A stretch of DNA of 64,000 bases. Origin: Bilabrum cf. latius (lineage: Eukaryota). Positions 51,501 to 63,000 of this stretch are shown here, one piece after another. Location of the stretch: positions 744,001-808,000 of the forward strand of contig OZ237749.1 of NCBI GenBank assembly GCA_965178125.1, given 5' to 3'. Numbering within the stretch: position 1 is the first letter of the stretch; each line of letters opens with the position of its first letter. The notes beneath the pieces are model-generated. The model saw only the letters and a program-made list of their open reading frames with translations. It did not search any database and had not been told where the DNA came from. The translations under genes and the position numbers were made by a program.

Positions 51501-54500
51501 GCAGACGCGTTGTTGATGGCTGCTACTGACAGCAACGGGGCGTAATCCACCAGGGTCCAGTTGAACCTCAACCGCTCGCCCTCTGGATCCGCGCTGTTGG
51601 ATGAATCCAGCAAAGCGTACGCAAAGTCTCCGAGGCCCGTCGTATCCGTGTTAGACGAAAACTTCAGGTCATTGGCGGAATCAAGGTCCACCTTGTAGAC
51701 TCGAGGGGATCCAAGCAAAGCCGTCAACTCCACATCAATAGCGAGCACGGTTCCGTTCGTCGTTTCAATGTAAACGTCGTCAGCAGAAAGGGCCCCCGCG
51801 GTCGACGCCTCGATGGACCTCGAGGCGTTGAAACCCGTCCAGATGGAGGAAACAATCGCCGTCTCATTCGACTGATCGGGTGCTTGGCCTCTGGCAAGTG
51901 CAGCAGTAGAGTCCTGCGCTGCCTCGGCTGCTGGTGTCTCGGAACACACGACTTCGATGCGGATATCGGCAGCGACGGAAGAGCAGCCGTCAGACGCGTC
52001 CACGGAGAAGTCCCACGTTCCCACACTCTTTGGCGCGAGAATCGCATCTCCATCTGCGGTGGACACCAGCTGCGTGTCATCGTCCTGCAGAACAGCCTCT
52101 TCCGTGTTGTTGGCAGGAGAGACAGGCAGCTGGAATGCATCTGACTCAACGGTGTACTCGATCGTAAGGAAGTCTCCGTCTGCATCCGCGGCGGCGGACG
52201 AAAGCTCTACGGGCTCAAAGTGAGACCCATTCCAGACGCTCTGAGTGGCTGCGCCCCCAGCACCCGTCCGCAGAAGGGGCGGGGTGTTGCAAGACGCAAA
52301 CACCGCTGCCTCATCCCTCGTGATGCTGCAGCCATCAGAGACAGCCAGGTTAAACGAAGTGCTGCCGAGAACGGTAGAGGTCGCAGTGGGCGTCGATGTG
52401 CCGTCCCCTGTTATGGAAGCCGACACGTTCCCGATCACGTCCTGCTCGAATACGAACGTGATGTTCTGCTTCGTGCCCAGCGCGAAGCCCTGGTCGACCA
52501 GAGCCTGTGGAATGTCAAACTCTGCCGTGTACTCGGTGTCTGCCGAAGGAGGCGCAAAGAATTGGTCGTCGCCGTACTCCCACTCAAAGTTGTAGGGAAA
52601 CCCAAAGCGATCAACCGGAATGTTCGCTGAGAAGGAAGTCGACTGGAAAGCACCGGTGGTCTTCGTCGGCCTGGACCACTAGCTCACGATGTCTTCCCCG
52701 GCGAAGACGTTCGGTGGCTCCGGGCACTGGGTGGTGACTTGCACCTGGGCCTCCGCCACCTGGCACCCGTCAGTCACCTTGAGGGTCGCGTTGTACGTGC
52801 CGAGCTTCCTCGGGCGGAATGACGGCGAAAGGGTCTGGAACGGGCCGATGCCGTATCCGAGCTCTCGAAGCGTGTGCGGCTGCTCCCTGACGCACAGCAA
52901 GCGCCGCTCGACAGAGCAGTCAGAGGTGCTGAGAGAAAATCGCCCTGTACCAGTCTAGAAAGGGCTGCCGATACGCGTGTCAAGGCTGGGTGAGCTGCTG
53001 TTCCAATAATCGCAGAGCTGCTGGGCGCCTGCTCCGGCGAGAACGTTGCCTGCCAGGTCACAGCCACCAAAGATGCTGATGCCTGTTCCAGCTCGCAGCC
53101 GCCTCCCGTACTCGTCGTACGCGATCACGCCATTCATCACAGCGCTCTGCCACCGCTCCACACACTCAGCCCCGCAAGCAACCTTGTGGTCGGCACCCGC
53201 GGCGGCCCACTCGCGGTAAGCACCCCTGACCTGGCCGGTAGAGTACACCGGGAGCGTGGAGATCGACCCCCTGGACCACCCGCTGCCATGCGATCCTGGA
53301 TCGCAAAGAACAGCCACGAACTCATCGTGGAACGGAAGCTTGGCAGCGCGAGCCCGAGCCTGACACTTGGCGTCGGCTCCCTCGATGCCGCCCAGCTGGC
53401 CCGAGTAGAGCTCCGAGGTGACGAACGTCTCGTGGATGCCACCATCAGTCTCTGACCCAGTCAGCGCAGGGATGGGGTCGTCCGCTCCGATCACCAAAGG
53501 AGCATTGCTGAAGGAGTCGCCGGAGGGCTAGTGCACCAAGGACCACTCAAAGCGGAAGGTGGGAGCGTCACGCGACGCCTCATCCGCACTGCGATCAGCT
53601 GATGCGTGGGACATGGTGCCATCCAAGGTCACGACAGGGAAATTACCAGTTTCGCCCAGTTCCACCGTGACATTCATGCCCGCATGTGCGAGCGGGGGGT
53701 CATTGCACTGCAAGACCGCCACGGCATCATCGCTGGAAGCCACGCAGCTAGACGATACCACGTAGCTCGACACGTACTGGCCTTGCAGTGCCATGCCAAG
53801 AGCCGAAGCGTCGAATGGCGCGCTAAAGTTGTAGTTCTCTGCAGCGATCTCAAGCTGCGTCGATGCCGTGCTGGGGTCGGCGATTCCTGCACCGCTATCT
53901 CCGCCGGCCAGGGCGGCAGCAATGGCGGTGCCTGCAGGGGCTGAAGTCGTGCGCCAGTTTGCGTCGATTCCGTCCATGTTCACAACAAAGAGAGTCTCTC
54001 CGGTAAGGTTAAACCTAGAGATGCAGTCTCGGGTAACATTTCCAGCGTCGCTTTGCGAGCACAGCACAGTCTCGAGCTCGCCGTCTGCATCCTCCATGCC
54101 GTCTCCAACGGTGCCTGCCGTTGCAAATCTGGACCCGATTCGCTCGTTCCAAGTGACGATAGCAGGGGATACGGTTGCGTTTGCGCCTGGCGACGAAGGA
54201 CACTGGGCCTCGACCTTGACCTCTGTGTTGGAGGCGCTGCAGCCATCGCTCACTGTGAGACGGTAGGTGTACACCGTTGCGACGGGAAGGCCATTCGATA
54301 CGCCCGCATCCGCATTGATCTCAGCAGCAGGCACAGTGAGAAGGACAGCTCCTGGCGTCCCGTTGATCGGCATCGTGTACACTGGTGCATCTGGCAGGGC
54401 ACCGCCATAGGAAACGGACGAGCCGAGAGAGGGCTGCTCCTCGCGCACCAGCTCCCACTCGTAGCTAACGATATCACTCAGCCCGTCGGGATCATACGAG

Positions 54501-57395
54501 TAGCTGCCATCGAGCACCACCGGTGCAAACGTGTTGGCGGGCGAGATGGAAGCGGCTCCGGGGGAGGCTCCCACGAAGCGGTAAGATTCATTGAAAACGA
54601 CCATCTGATGTGCCTGCGCGGCGGCAGCGCGCGGGGGCGAGTTACAGCGGACTAGCACTGCAATCTCCGTGCTGCTAGATGAACAGAAATCGCTGACTGT
54701 TAGCCGCACCCGAAACACGCCGCTGGCGGTCGGGCGTAGCATCGCTTGGCTCGTGTTGGTTCCAGTCTAGACAAACGCGTCGGTCAAGTCGGCAACCGTG
54801 GGCTCTGAGGGAAGCCCCATCCCGTTCAACGCACCAACAGGCACCTCGACAACCTCCCAAGCGAACAGAAGGTACTCGTCATCTGCATCAAAGGAGCCGC
54901 TACCGTTCAGGGGGACCATAGGAAACGAGTTCCCGAGACCGCGCTCGACGACGCGATCACCGCCAGCCAGCGCAACTGGCGGGGCGTTGCAGCGCACGCG
55001 GACTGTCACTCTGTCCGCGCGAGTCGTACAGTTGTCCCAGGTCTGTAGAGTGGCGACATAGTCCCCCACGGCATCGGGCAGCAGCAGCCCAGCTGCCAGA
55101 GAGGAGGCCTGGAGGATGCCTGCCTGCGACTGCCTGCACGCGTCACTGAGGGCGTCTCCTGGGCAAGGGTGCAGACCCATATCCGCGTCGGACCGCAGAC
55201 CCGGACCGACCATTGTACCGGCGTCAATGGCTGCCGACAGGTTGCCGTATCCCTAGGGCCTGGCCTCCAGACGCCACCGGTGTCCTGCAGCAGGCACTCC
55301 TTCCGAGGCGTTGGTGGGACCCAGGTCCGACAGAGAGCCATTCAGCACGACAACTGCTGGGGCTGACCACGATGACGACGCATTGAAAGACATTCCGGCA
55401 GCAGATGTGGCCTAGGGAGGCAGCGGCTCGGACATGCCCACCCCGGTGATGCTTCTCGCAGTCGAGGCAGCCCTCGTTCGCTCGGCAAGGTCCTTCAGTT
55501 CACCAGGGACAAAGTGCGCCAGCGCGTTGCCAACAAACAAAAGCACGTCACCGCCAGCACCGAGAGCTTCTCGAGCTGCATCAGTGGATGCCTGGGTCCC
55601 ACCAGTGACGCGACCACCCTCCGCACTGCCGACGGGGGAGTCGTCCGCGCGAGGTACAGCCACACCTCCACGTGTGGGAATGGCGCGAGCGACTGGAAGG
55701 AGCTGTCGGGAGCACGATGCAGTGACTTGCACTGTGTCATATGCGATCCCACAGCCATCCGTCATCACCAGACGGATCGTGTACTCACCTTCCGCATCCG
55801 GCTGGAACATTGTCTCTGGGGAGTATGCCATCGCGACGCCTGCCGACCCCCCCTGAGCCGCGAGAGAGAGTTGCAGTCTGGCACGCCTTGCAGGAGAGGT
55901 TCCATCGATCGTCTCTGCCTACCAGCGCCCCGTCCGCACGGCGGAGGCCTCGGGTGCACCGATGATTTCCCACAGAAAGTCGGTCAGGTTGGCGGCGAAC
56001 TAGGAGGACGCAGCGGACAGAGCCACCTGCGGGAACGGGCCATTGCCGTGGTCGTACCCAGTGCCCATGGAATCTGCGCTGCCCACCATCACATCGGAGC
56101 CCGCATCGGCCACGAGCTCCCCGCCCTGGCCACTGCCCCCACACACGGCAGTCACAGTTACGGTGTCCGTGGAGGCAGGGCAGTCGCCCCTCTTTGCCTC
56201 CAGCTAAAGGACGTACTCGCCGGGAGTGTCCGGCCGGAAATGCATCGTGCCCAGCGGGGCGGCGTCAGGAACGACCAGCCCCGCGCCGCTGCTGGGGTCC
56301 ACAGTCGGGGCGGCCACGTCCCTCCTGTGAGCGGCGGACTGGGGGCCCACGGCGATGCTGGACTCGGTCGGGGAGGAGAGCACGGTCCACGTGTACCTGA
56401 CGGGGGCCCCGCCCCGGAGGAGGGCAGAGGACTGGGCCGCCTCGATCGCGCGGGCGGCGTTTTGGCTGGATCCGGAGCCCAAAAGCTCGTCCTCGGCCGG
56501 GATGGTGCCCGAGGGATCGAGCTCGACTAGCTCGAACTGGCCGGTGGAAGCATTGAACACGGACTGCCTGTCTGCTCCTGCCGCGGCTGTGGGCGCGTCT
56601 CCGCACCTGACCTCCACACGGACCGTGTCTTCGAATGTTTGGCACCCGTCAGACGCCCGTAGCGTCACAGCGAAAGTTCCTTCCCGCGAAGGAAGAAACG
56701 ATGCGGCCAGTGCTCGTTCGCTGTCCGATGCTGATGCGGGCACGAATGGGTTTCCAGGCCCGTGCATCAAATTTGGAGCGACACAAACACCAGCACCCGC
56801 CAAAGATGAAGGAGATTGAGTCAGGTCGACGGCTGCGAGCAAGTTGAAAATAGACTCGAATGGGTCGGGTGAGAGGTTGTTCTAGAAGAAGGAGCAGGAT
56901 CGCACTTCACACGGTCGAGGTCACTGGGTATCCCAGAAATGCACCCCGATCGGCGAATATGATGTTATTCAAACATCAGCAAAACAGCTAGCATCGTAGT
57001 CTTGAACGTTGGTACGAGGGCTCACATTGCACGAAGAACCGTCGCGATGCCACTGTGGACGTCGACCCGTTGCGGTACGCCTGCGCGGCTACTGTCACCA
57101 TCCCAGTTGCGTCAATGGTAAATGGTCCGTTGTATGACATATTCGTCGCAGGAAGCTCGCTACCCCTGCTGATCCCAACAGATATACTTGCATCGCCACC
57201 GGTTGGACCATCAACATAGATTTTTGTCGAAGGGGACAGGAAATACCCGCTCGGGGAAATCCTCGGAGGAGCGACCTACGACTTGGCCCCGATAATCATT
57301 GAAACGCCCACGATAACAGCGAGAAGTCGGTGGAAGCCGGCGCATTGCTTCCCAGAGCTTTGACACGGTGGATCCCTCGCCTGGAATAGGCGCAT
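39563..57395 (-). CDS. Giant type I membrane protein, about 5,880 aa: signal peptide, Fn3-associated-like domain, about 25-30 PKD/KIAA0319-like Ig-fold repeats, DUF1554/endostatin-like domain, TM helix, Gly/Arg-rich tail
   Basis: 22 track ORFs from 39563 to 56842 share one minus frame; the breaks I checked are TAG and the final stop is TGA. Repeat motif F.P...G.Y...L.VSDGC...D.V.V...C; GGIEGADAKCQARA; TM FWAAAGICIAIACVVVVIIAALLIV. The best-fitting intron 56833-57025 links to an exon with a signal peptide. Not every gap was read. Confidence 0.82.
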
Positions 57396-57526
57396 TCCGA
57401 CCGGACAATTTGAGCGAGACAGCTTGCTCGGTATGCAAAGAAAGAATTTTAGGTGTTGCTCGGTTTGCGCGTTCGAACAACGTGAAGTTCTTTGCTCGAA
57501 GGCAACGGACGCATGGCAGTTTCACT

Positions 57527-58150
57527 ATGTTCCGCAAAACTGCGCGGCGCCGAGTAGGTCGCTCGGATTGGTCGCACTAGATTTGAGGCAAGAGACTAAG
57601 AAGTCTATTGGCTTGACGTGCGTGTGTGTTGTTGTACGTGCCCCTAGTGGCGGAACACGAGCTGCAGTTGGTCATGGTGTCGCACGGTGCTGTGCTGAAC
57701 ACTCCAGGGACGCCTTTAGAAAAGGGCTACCACCCAGAGACCTGTTGGGCGGGTCGAATAGCTGCGTTAACATTATTAGGATCTTTAATCCGCGTGTTTG
57801 CATGGCTTGCGGCGGCTTTGACTCACCTAGCCCCGCTGCAGTGGGCAGATAGCTTTGCTGCGGTGTTTCAAGTCGCCACGATTGGTGTGGGGGCAGCCCT
57901 ACAATTGAAGATGCCACCAGCCGCGCTGTCATTATTGGCTGCAATTTTAGGAAGCTTGGCTCCCGTGGTACTAGGCCAGCTTGTTGGCGCAGCCACCTCT
58001 CCACTTGGCATCGGAGCAGTTGCACTTGCAGCTGCTCTTCTTGCGGACTACCTCGCGCTGCTTACGCTAGATTCAGTCAGCAGGAGAAAGGCTTCGCGAT
58101 TATTTTGTTGTCAGAGGCGAAGACAGAGGCTGAATGCTACGAAAAGCTGA
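57527..58150 (+). CDS. Small multi-pass membrane protein of unknown function; start uncertain (ATG 57527 with a possible intron 57554-57667, or ATG 57674)
   Basis: Track ORF 57626-58150 has about four hydrophobic segments and a basic tail, ends in TGA, and fills an otherwise unusually large gap. Confidence 0.5.
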
Positions 58151-58285
58151 TCTGATTTATTGAGGGCTACTCGGCGAGAGCCGTCTTGTTAACGCTAGTC
58201 TTGTTGTCATGTATACACGATACTCTTGGGGGGTGCTGTCCACAATTCTCGCACGAAACAGCGACAAACGCACTGAATTCACGCC

Positions 58286-59634
58286 TCACAGCCTGACTTT
58301 GTCTGCCACCTCGTCATCCTCAGGGTCGGAACCCTCCCCCACCCCGACGGAGAGCAGCCGCTTCTGGAGGGCACCGACCGCCTTGGGCGTCACCACCAGG
58401 ACCCGCGCCTTGAGGATGTCCAGCGGGTTGGCCTGCTCGGCGAAGCACCACTTGAGCCGCTGCAGGTTGCCCGAGGCCAGCTCAAAGTAAGGTGTCATTT
58501 CATCGGGAGCCACGACGAGCATGGCGGGCACCTCGCTCAGCGGGAGGGCCTCCACGGCCATGCTGCGCACTTCCTCCAGCTGGCCCGACGCGACCATCCC
58601 GGCGGCGTCAAACTCAGCGCCGCCTGCAGCCGCATCGCCCCCTTCCTCTGCCTCTTCCGCCTCTGCCTCTGCCTCCTCTTCCTGCTCCTGCTCCTGCTCC
58701 TCCGCCTCGATTTCGTGCATCAGGGCAGAGCGAGCCACCGAGGCCAGCGGGGCACTCCGCCCCCCCTCGGGAAGCAAACTGCCTTCCCCGGTGCTGCGAT
58801 CAGCGGCTGGCACCCTAGTCTCTACGCCAGCGAGCTTCTCGAGGAGGTCCCTGGTCTTGTGCGAGGAGAGATCGTCCACCCCCGAGAGGACTATGAGCCG
58901 GCCGTCGCGTCTGCGGCTGCTCAGCACCACACGCATGGCAAGCCCTCGAATCTTCTTTGGCAGCTAGGTGTCCCACTCTCTCAACCTGGGCGGGTGTGCT
59001 TTGCCGCCCCCCACCCAGATGGGAGATCGGATGGAGCCATGCCTGGAGCGCCCGGTGCCCTTCTACCTCCACGGCTTCCGTCCCCCGCCTCGGACTTCGC
59101 CGCGCTTCTTTCCCTTATAAAGAGTCTTTCTCCGCTTGTTTCGCTGCCATTCTACTACTCTGTGTACGATATCCTGCCTGCATGGTACGTCCCAAACGTC
59201 TTCGTGTAGACCAACAAAGCCAATTCGCTCCCCAGACTATAAATTCATGATGGGCTCGTTAAGCTCGGTTGAGAGCAGTGGCTAGGCACTTCGTTTAGCA
59301 TCCTTATGACTTGCTGCGTTCCATGACAGAGGAGGGTGCGCATCGGAACAAGTAGTGCACTTGCAACATGGCTGCGTGGCCCCGGGGGCTGCGCGCGGGT
59401 GATCTCACCTACTTCGCTCGAAAACTCTGGTGCAAGTACTCCCAACTCAGTCATACTCAAGTTAGGAAGTACATCCACACTATTTTTCGTTGCTTGCGTC
59501 TAGATAGAGCGCAAACACCCAAGGGCACTTGATGCCCGACATGATGTAGTCTCTGCGATGATTCCACCAATTACAGGACGTGTCAACGGCGACAGTACTC
59601 GATAGATGGTTGATGGTCGAAATGAGCGACTCAT
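58286..59634 (-). CDS. MRPL4: Mitochondrial ribosomal protein uL4m, about 417 aa; exons 59634-59409, 59313-58286
   Basis: [63 protein letters not shown] and NPLDIL. Arg/Ser-rich N-terminus resembles a mitochondrial presequence. Intron 59314-59408 (GTGAGA...CGCAG) is inferred. Ends in TGA. Confidence 0.93.
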
Positions 59635-60024
59635 ATTTAGACGAGAACGCCCAGGTTAGACAGAGTGATGGCTACCAGGTTGCTTACGGGTTCGCAGGCT
59701 GTGAGGCATTTCGATCGTCGACCGGAGCTGAGCGTTCGCATCGACGCCATCCAAGTCTTATAGAAACCTACACCAAAAACAGAGATACTACAGCGTAAGA
59801 AGCGTAGTCTATTCGTGCTTACAGGGTGGCTCTGTGGCGAAGGACCAGCGGTTTTGTTCGAGTGAAGCAACATTGTGGATCAGCAAGGGAGCTTGCAACG
59901 GACGGGACCATAGAGCACGGCTGGAAGATAATAAGCAATCCAGTCCGACGGGAATATTTAAGTATATATCTGGGCCTCGAGGAGTTCGTGCGTTGCTGCA
60001 CTGATTCCTTTGCAAGTGCGGATC

Positions 60025-63000
60025 ATGCCAGTGCTCGCTTCCAATCTGAGCATGGCACCGGTTGCCGCAGCTCTCCTGCTAGTTGCAGTTGCAACGTGCT
60101 CTGCATGTCCAAATCAATGCAATGGTCATGGTAGATGCACTGGGCAGACCTGCTCTTGCTTTGAAGGATGGCAGGGTAGTGCTGATTGCTCGCGGCGTGA
60201 GGCAACATTCAATGCGAAGCACGCCATCCATCGCAACATGGCCCAGCGTACCAAGACCATTTTATTCAATTTCACCATGAATCGTACTCTAATTCACGCA
60301 GGTTCTTGTGACAAAGGTGTTGCTTGGTCAGGGCGAGCTACCGCGAACAACGTCGTCCACACCCGCCAGGCCTCCATTGCCGAGTGCTCCAACCATGGGA
60401 CATGCACCGATTCATCCGGGCTGTGTTCTTGCAGCAAGGGTTTCCAAGGAGATGACTGCTCCAAGTAGTCGTGTCCGCGGGGTTGCTCGGCTAGGGGCAC
60501 CTGCCGAACAATGCGAGACCTGGGCCTGTCGTTCGGGAGACGAAACGAGGTGTCGTCTGGAGGATCCATTGCTGCAGGGGATGGCTTTGGGTACTACTAT
60601 ACTGGATGGGAAGCTGATCGAATGAGACAATGCGATTGTGATCGCGGTTATTTCGGGCCAGATTGCTCAGAGAGTGAGAGATTGGGCTCACTATCGCAGC
60701 GTATCGGTCGCTTCACAGCTTCGCTTCGCTGCACACTTCTCTTGCCTGTCCACGTCAAGATACTCCAACATACCGCAGAGGAGTGCCCAAGAGCAGACGA
60801 TCCGCGCACAGTCGGACACAAAGCATTTTCGTTCAGAATCGTCTCTGGCCATCTGCTGCGCGCCATGTAGCCGTCCAGCATGCCTTCCAAGCCGCGGCTG
60901 ACCGTCTCGCTTCTTGGGGTTAACACCGAATTCGACTGGGATGCGACGGCATCACAAGTAGAGGATGCGTTTTCTAGTAGTGGTGCTGCTTAGCAGGTGC
61001 TAGTCCACCGGGAGGCTACCACATCTGTAGCATCGGACCCCGGTGTTGTCGATGGATACACGTTCACGGTATCTGTGCTGTAGTGGGCGGCTGCTGGGAT
61101 GACCAATAACTTCTATCACGACGGGGCTCCAGATTTTACTCCCCAAAATATAGCCTGTGATGTCGGTGGGACCGATCCTCGCGTAGAATTCGCGTCCACT
61201 GGGGATGCTGAGTCTGGCACGCACACGCTACAGGTGGCTGCTGATGGCTCGCTGAGTTACACGGACCCTGATGGCACCGTGACTACAGGAATCGCAATCG
61301 CTGCATCTGTTGAGCTTCCGAATGCGGCATCCCCTTAGATCCAGGCCTCATTCCTGCATACAACAGCGTCCAGTTATGTGACAGGGGAGTCTTGGACCAT
61401 TTTCGCCCCTGCTGGCGAGGCGCACACTAGCTTCAGGTCTGCAGCTGTGTGCAGCATCGAGCAAGTATCCGCGGGCCTCACCCTTTCCGGGGTGTACTCA
61501 GGGTCAGAGCCACTGACATACTACGTTGAAGTGTCCGATGCATCCACGAATCCGAACCAGTTCAGGTGGTGGACAAGTGCAACCGACAGCGCGAAGTCGG
61601 CTGCAGTCAGCATGTCAACCTCTGCCGTTCTGCTATCTCTAGGAATTAGCATTGAGTTTGCAGATACCCTTGGGCACATACAAGGCTAGTAGTGGCAGCT
61701 GCAGGCTTCTGGTCCTACAATCAACATAACTAGTGGGCGAAATAGAGGGTTGGACGCGGCAGGGCTTGCCACTGCGTCGGCCTCCGAGTACGTAGTTCGG
61801 ATTGTGGACGGCACTGCGAGCCCAAACACCTTCGAGTATCAAGTAGATGGTGGTACATGGTCTAGCGCAACAGCAGTATCTCTCGGCGGCCAAACAGTGA
61901 ATTCGCAGCTGTCTATATACTGGACTCACTCGACTGGCTATGTGGCTGGATTTGAATGGACCATCAAACTGGCCGCAGGTGGGCATACGCAGGTGATACC
62001 AAGGCCGACTGCACCGCTGGTTGCGGAGTGGGCTGGAGTGTCGCCTGCAAACAACGAATACGTTGTGTCTATATCGGGCGAGGGCACGCCGAACACATTC
62101 ACCTACTCCGTGAACGGAGCACCAGTGGGTACGGACCACGACATCGTTAGCTACAGCAATGGCAACACAGAGATTGGCACTCTTCGCTTGCGCTTCTACA
62201 GCACTACTGGATTCAAGATAGGGTAGCGATGGAAGATTTCTCTGTCAAACAAAGGCGAGGTGTCTCTGCAATCGGACGGAGCCACCACTCCGTACTCCAC
62301 ATCGAAAGAGCTGGTGGTCCAGTACGAAGGCACGGTCATGTCTTCGGCAAGCAGTAGCATTTATCACGTTGTTGTGGATTCTGTTGATGGGAGTTCTACC
62401 TCTGGCGCAACCTTTTCGTACAGCAGGAACGGAGCAAGTTTTTCGGCAGGGGTTGGCTCTGGCGAGGCGGGTCAGGATATCGTCGCTGCAGGCAGCTCAG
62501 CTTCCAATACCGAGTTGGGTAACGGACTAAAATTACTCTTTGCGGGAACACAGACCTATGCAGTTGGTCAAGCGTGGCAAATCGACGTAGGAAAACCATC
62601 GGTGATTGTGTCAGCTAGCCCGACCTTTCAGGAGTTCAAGATGTGCGCTGGCAGAGGTCTGTGCGCTCCCGCCACTGGGCAATGTACCTGTTTTTCTGGC
62701 TATGCTGGTTCAGACTGTTCGACCATATCGAGCGCAACCGAGACAACGAACCGTAATCCAGGCCATCTAGTGAGCGTGACTGAATCCACCTACACGGGGA
62801 CAGTACTGGAGCTGAGCACGCAGAAGCCAGCTGCACCCGATTTCTACTTCATCCGCGCCTTGGCCAACGGCAAGCAGAAATTTGGAGTCAAGGGCAATGG
62901 AGAAGTAGAATTTGAAGTTTTCACTGCCAACAAAGCCTAGCTTACTGGAGGTGCTACGGTTTCAGGTGGTGGCATCCAGGTAACTGACTTCGGCATCACT

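Noticed and set aside
25022-56850. Numerous long opposite-strand or alternate-frame ORFs in the track (e.g. 44448-45314, 55514-56530, 27713-28375, 30596-31345)
   Set aside because: They are shadows of GC-rich coding genes, with no recognisable motifs.
56882-56900. Alternative acceptor TTCTTCTAG for the giant PKD gene intron
   Set aside because: Out of phase with the GTGAGC donor at 57025. The CTCGCAG acceptor at 56833 fits, though an extra small exon cannot be excluded.
58640-58710. CCTCTG/CCTGCT-type short tandem repeats
   Set aside because: Encodes the Glu/Gln/Ala-rich insert of uL4m; not a CRISPR array or a separate element.
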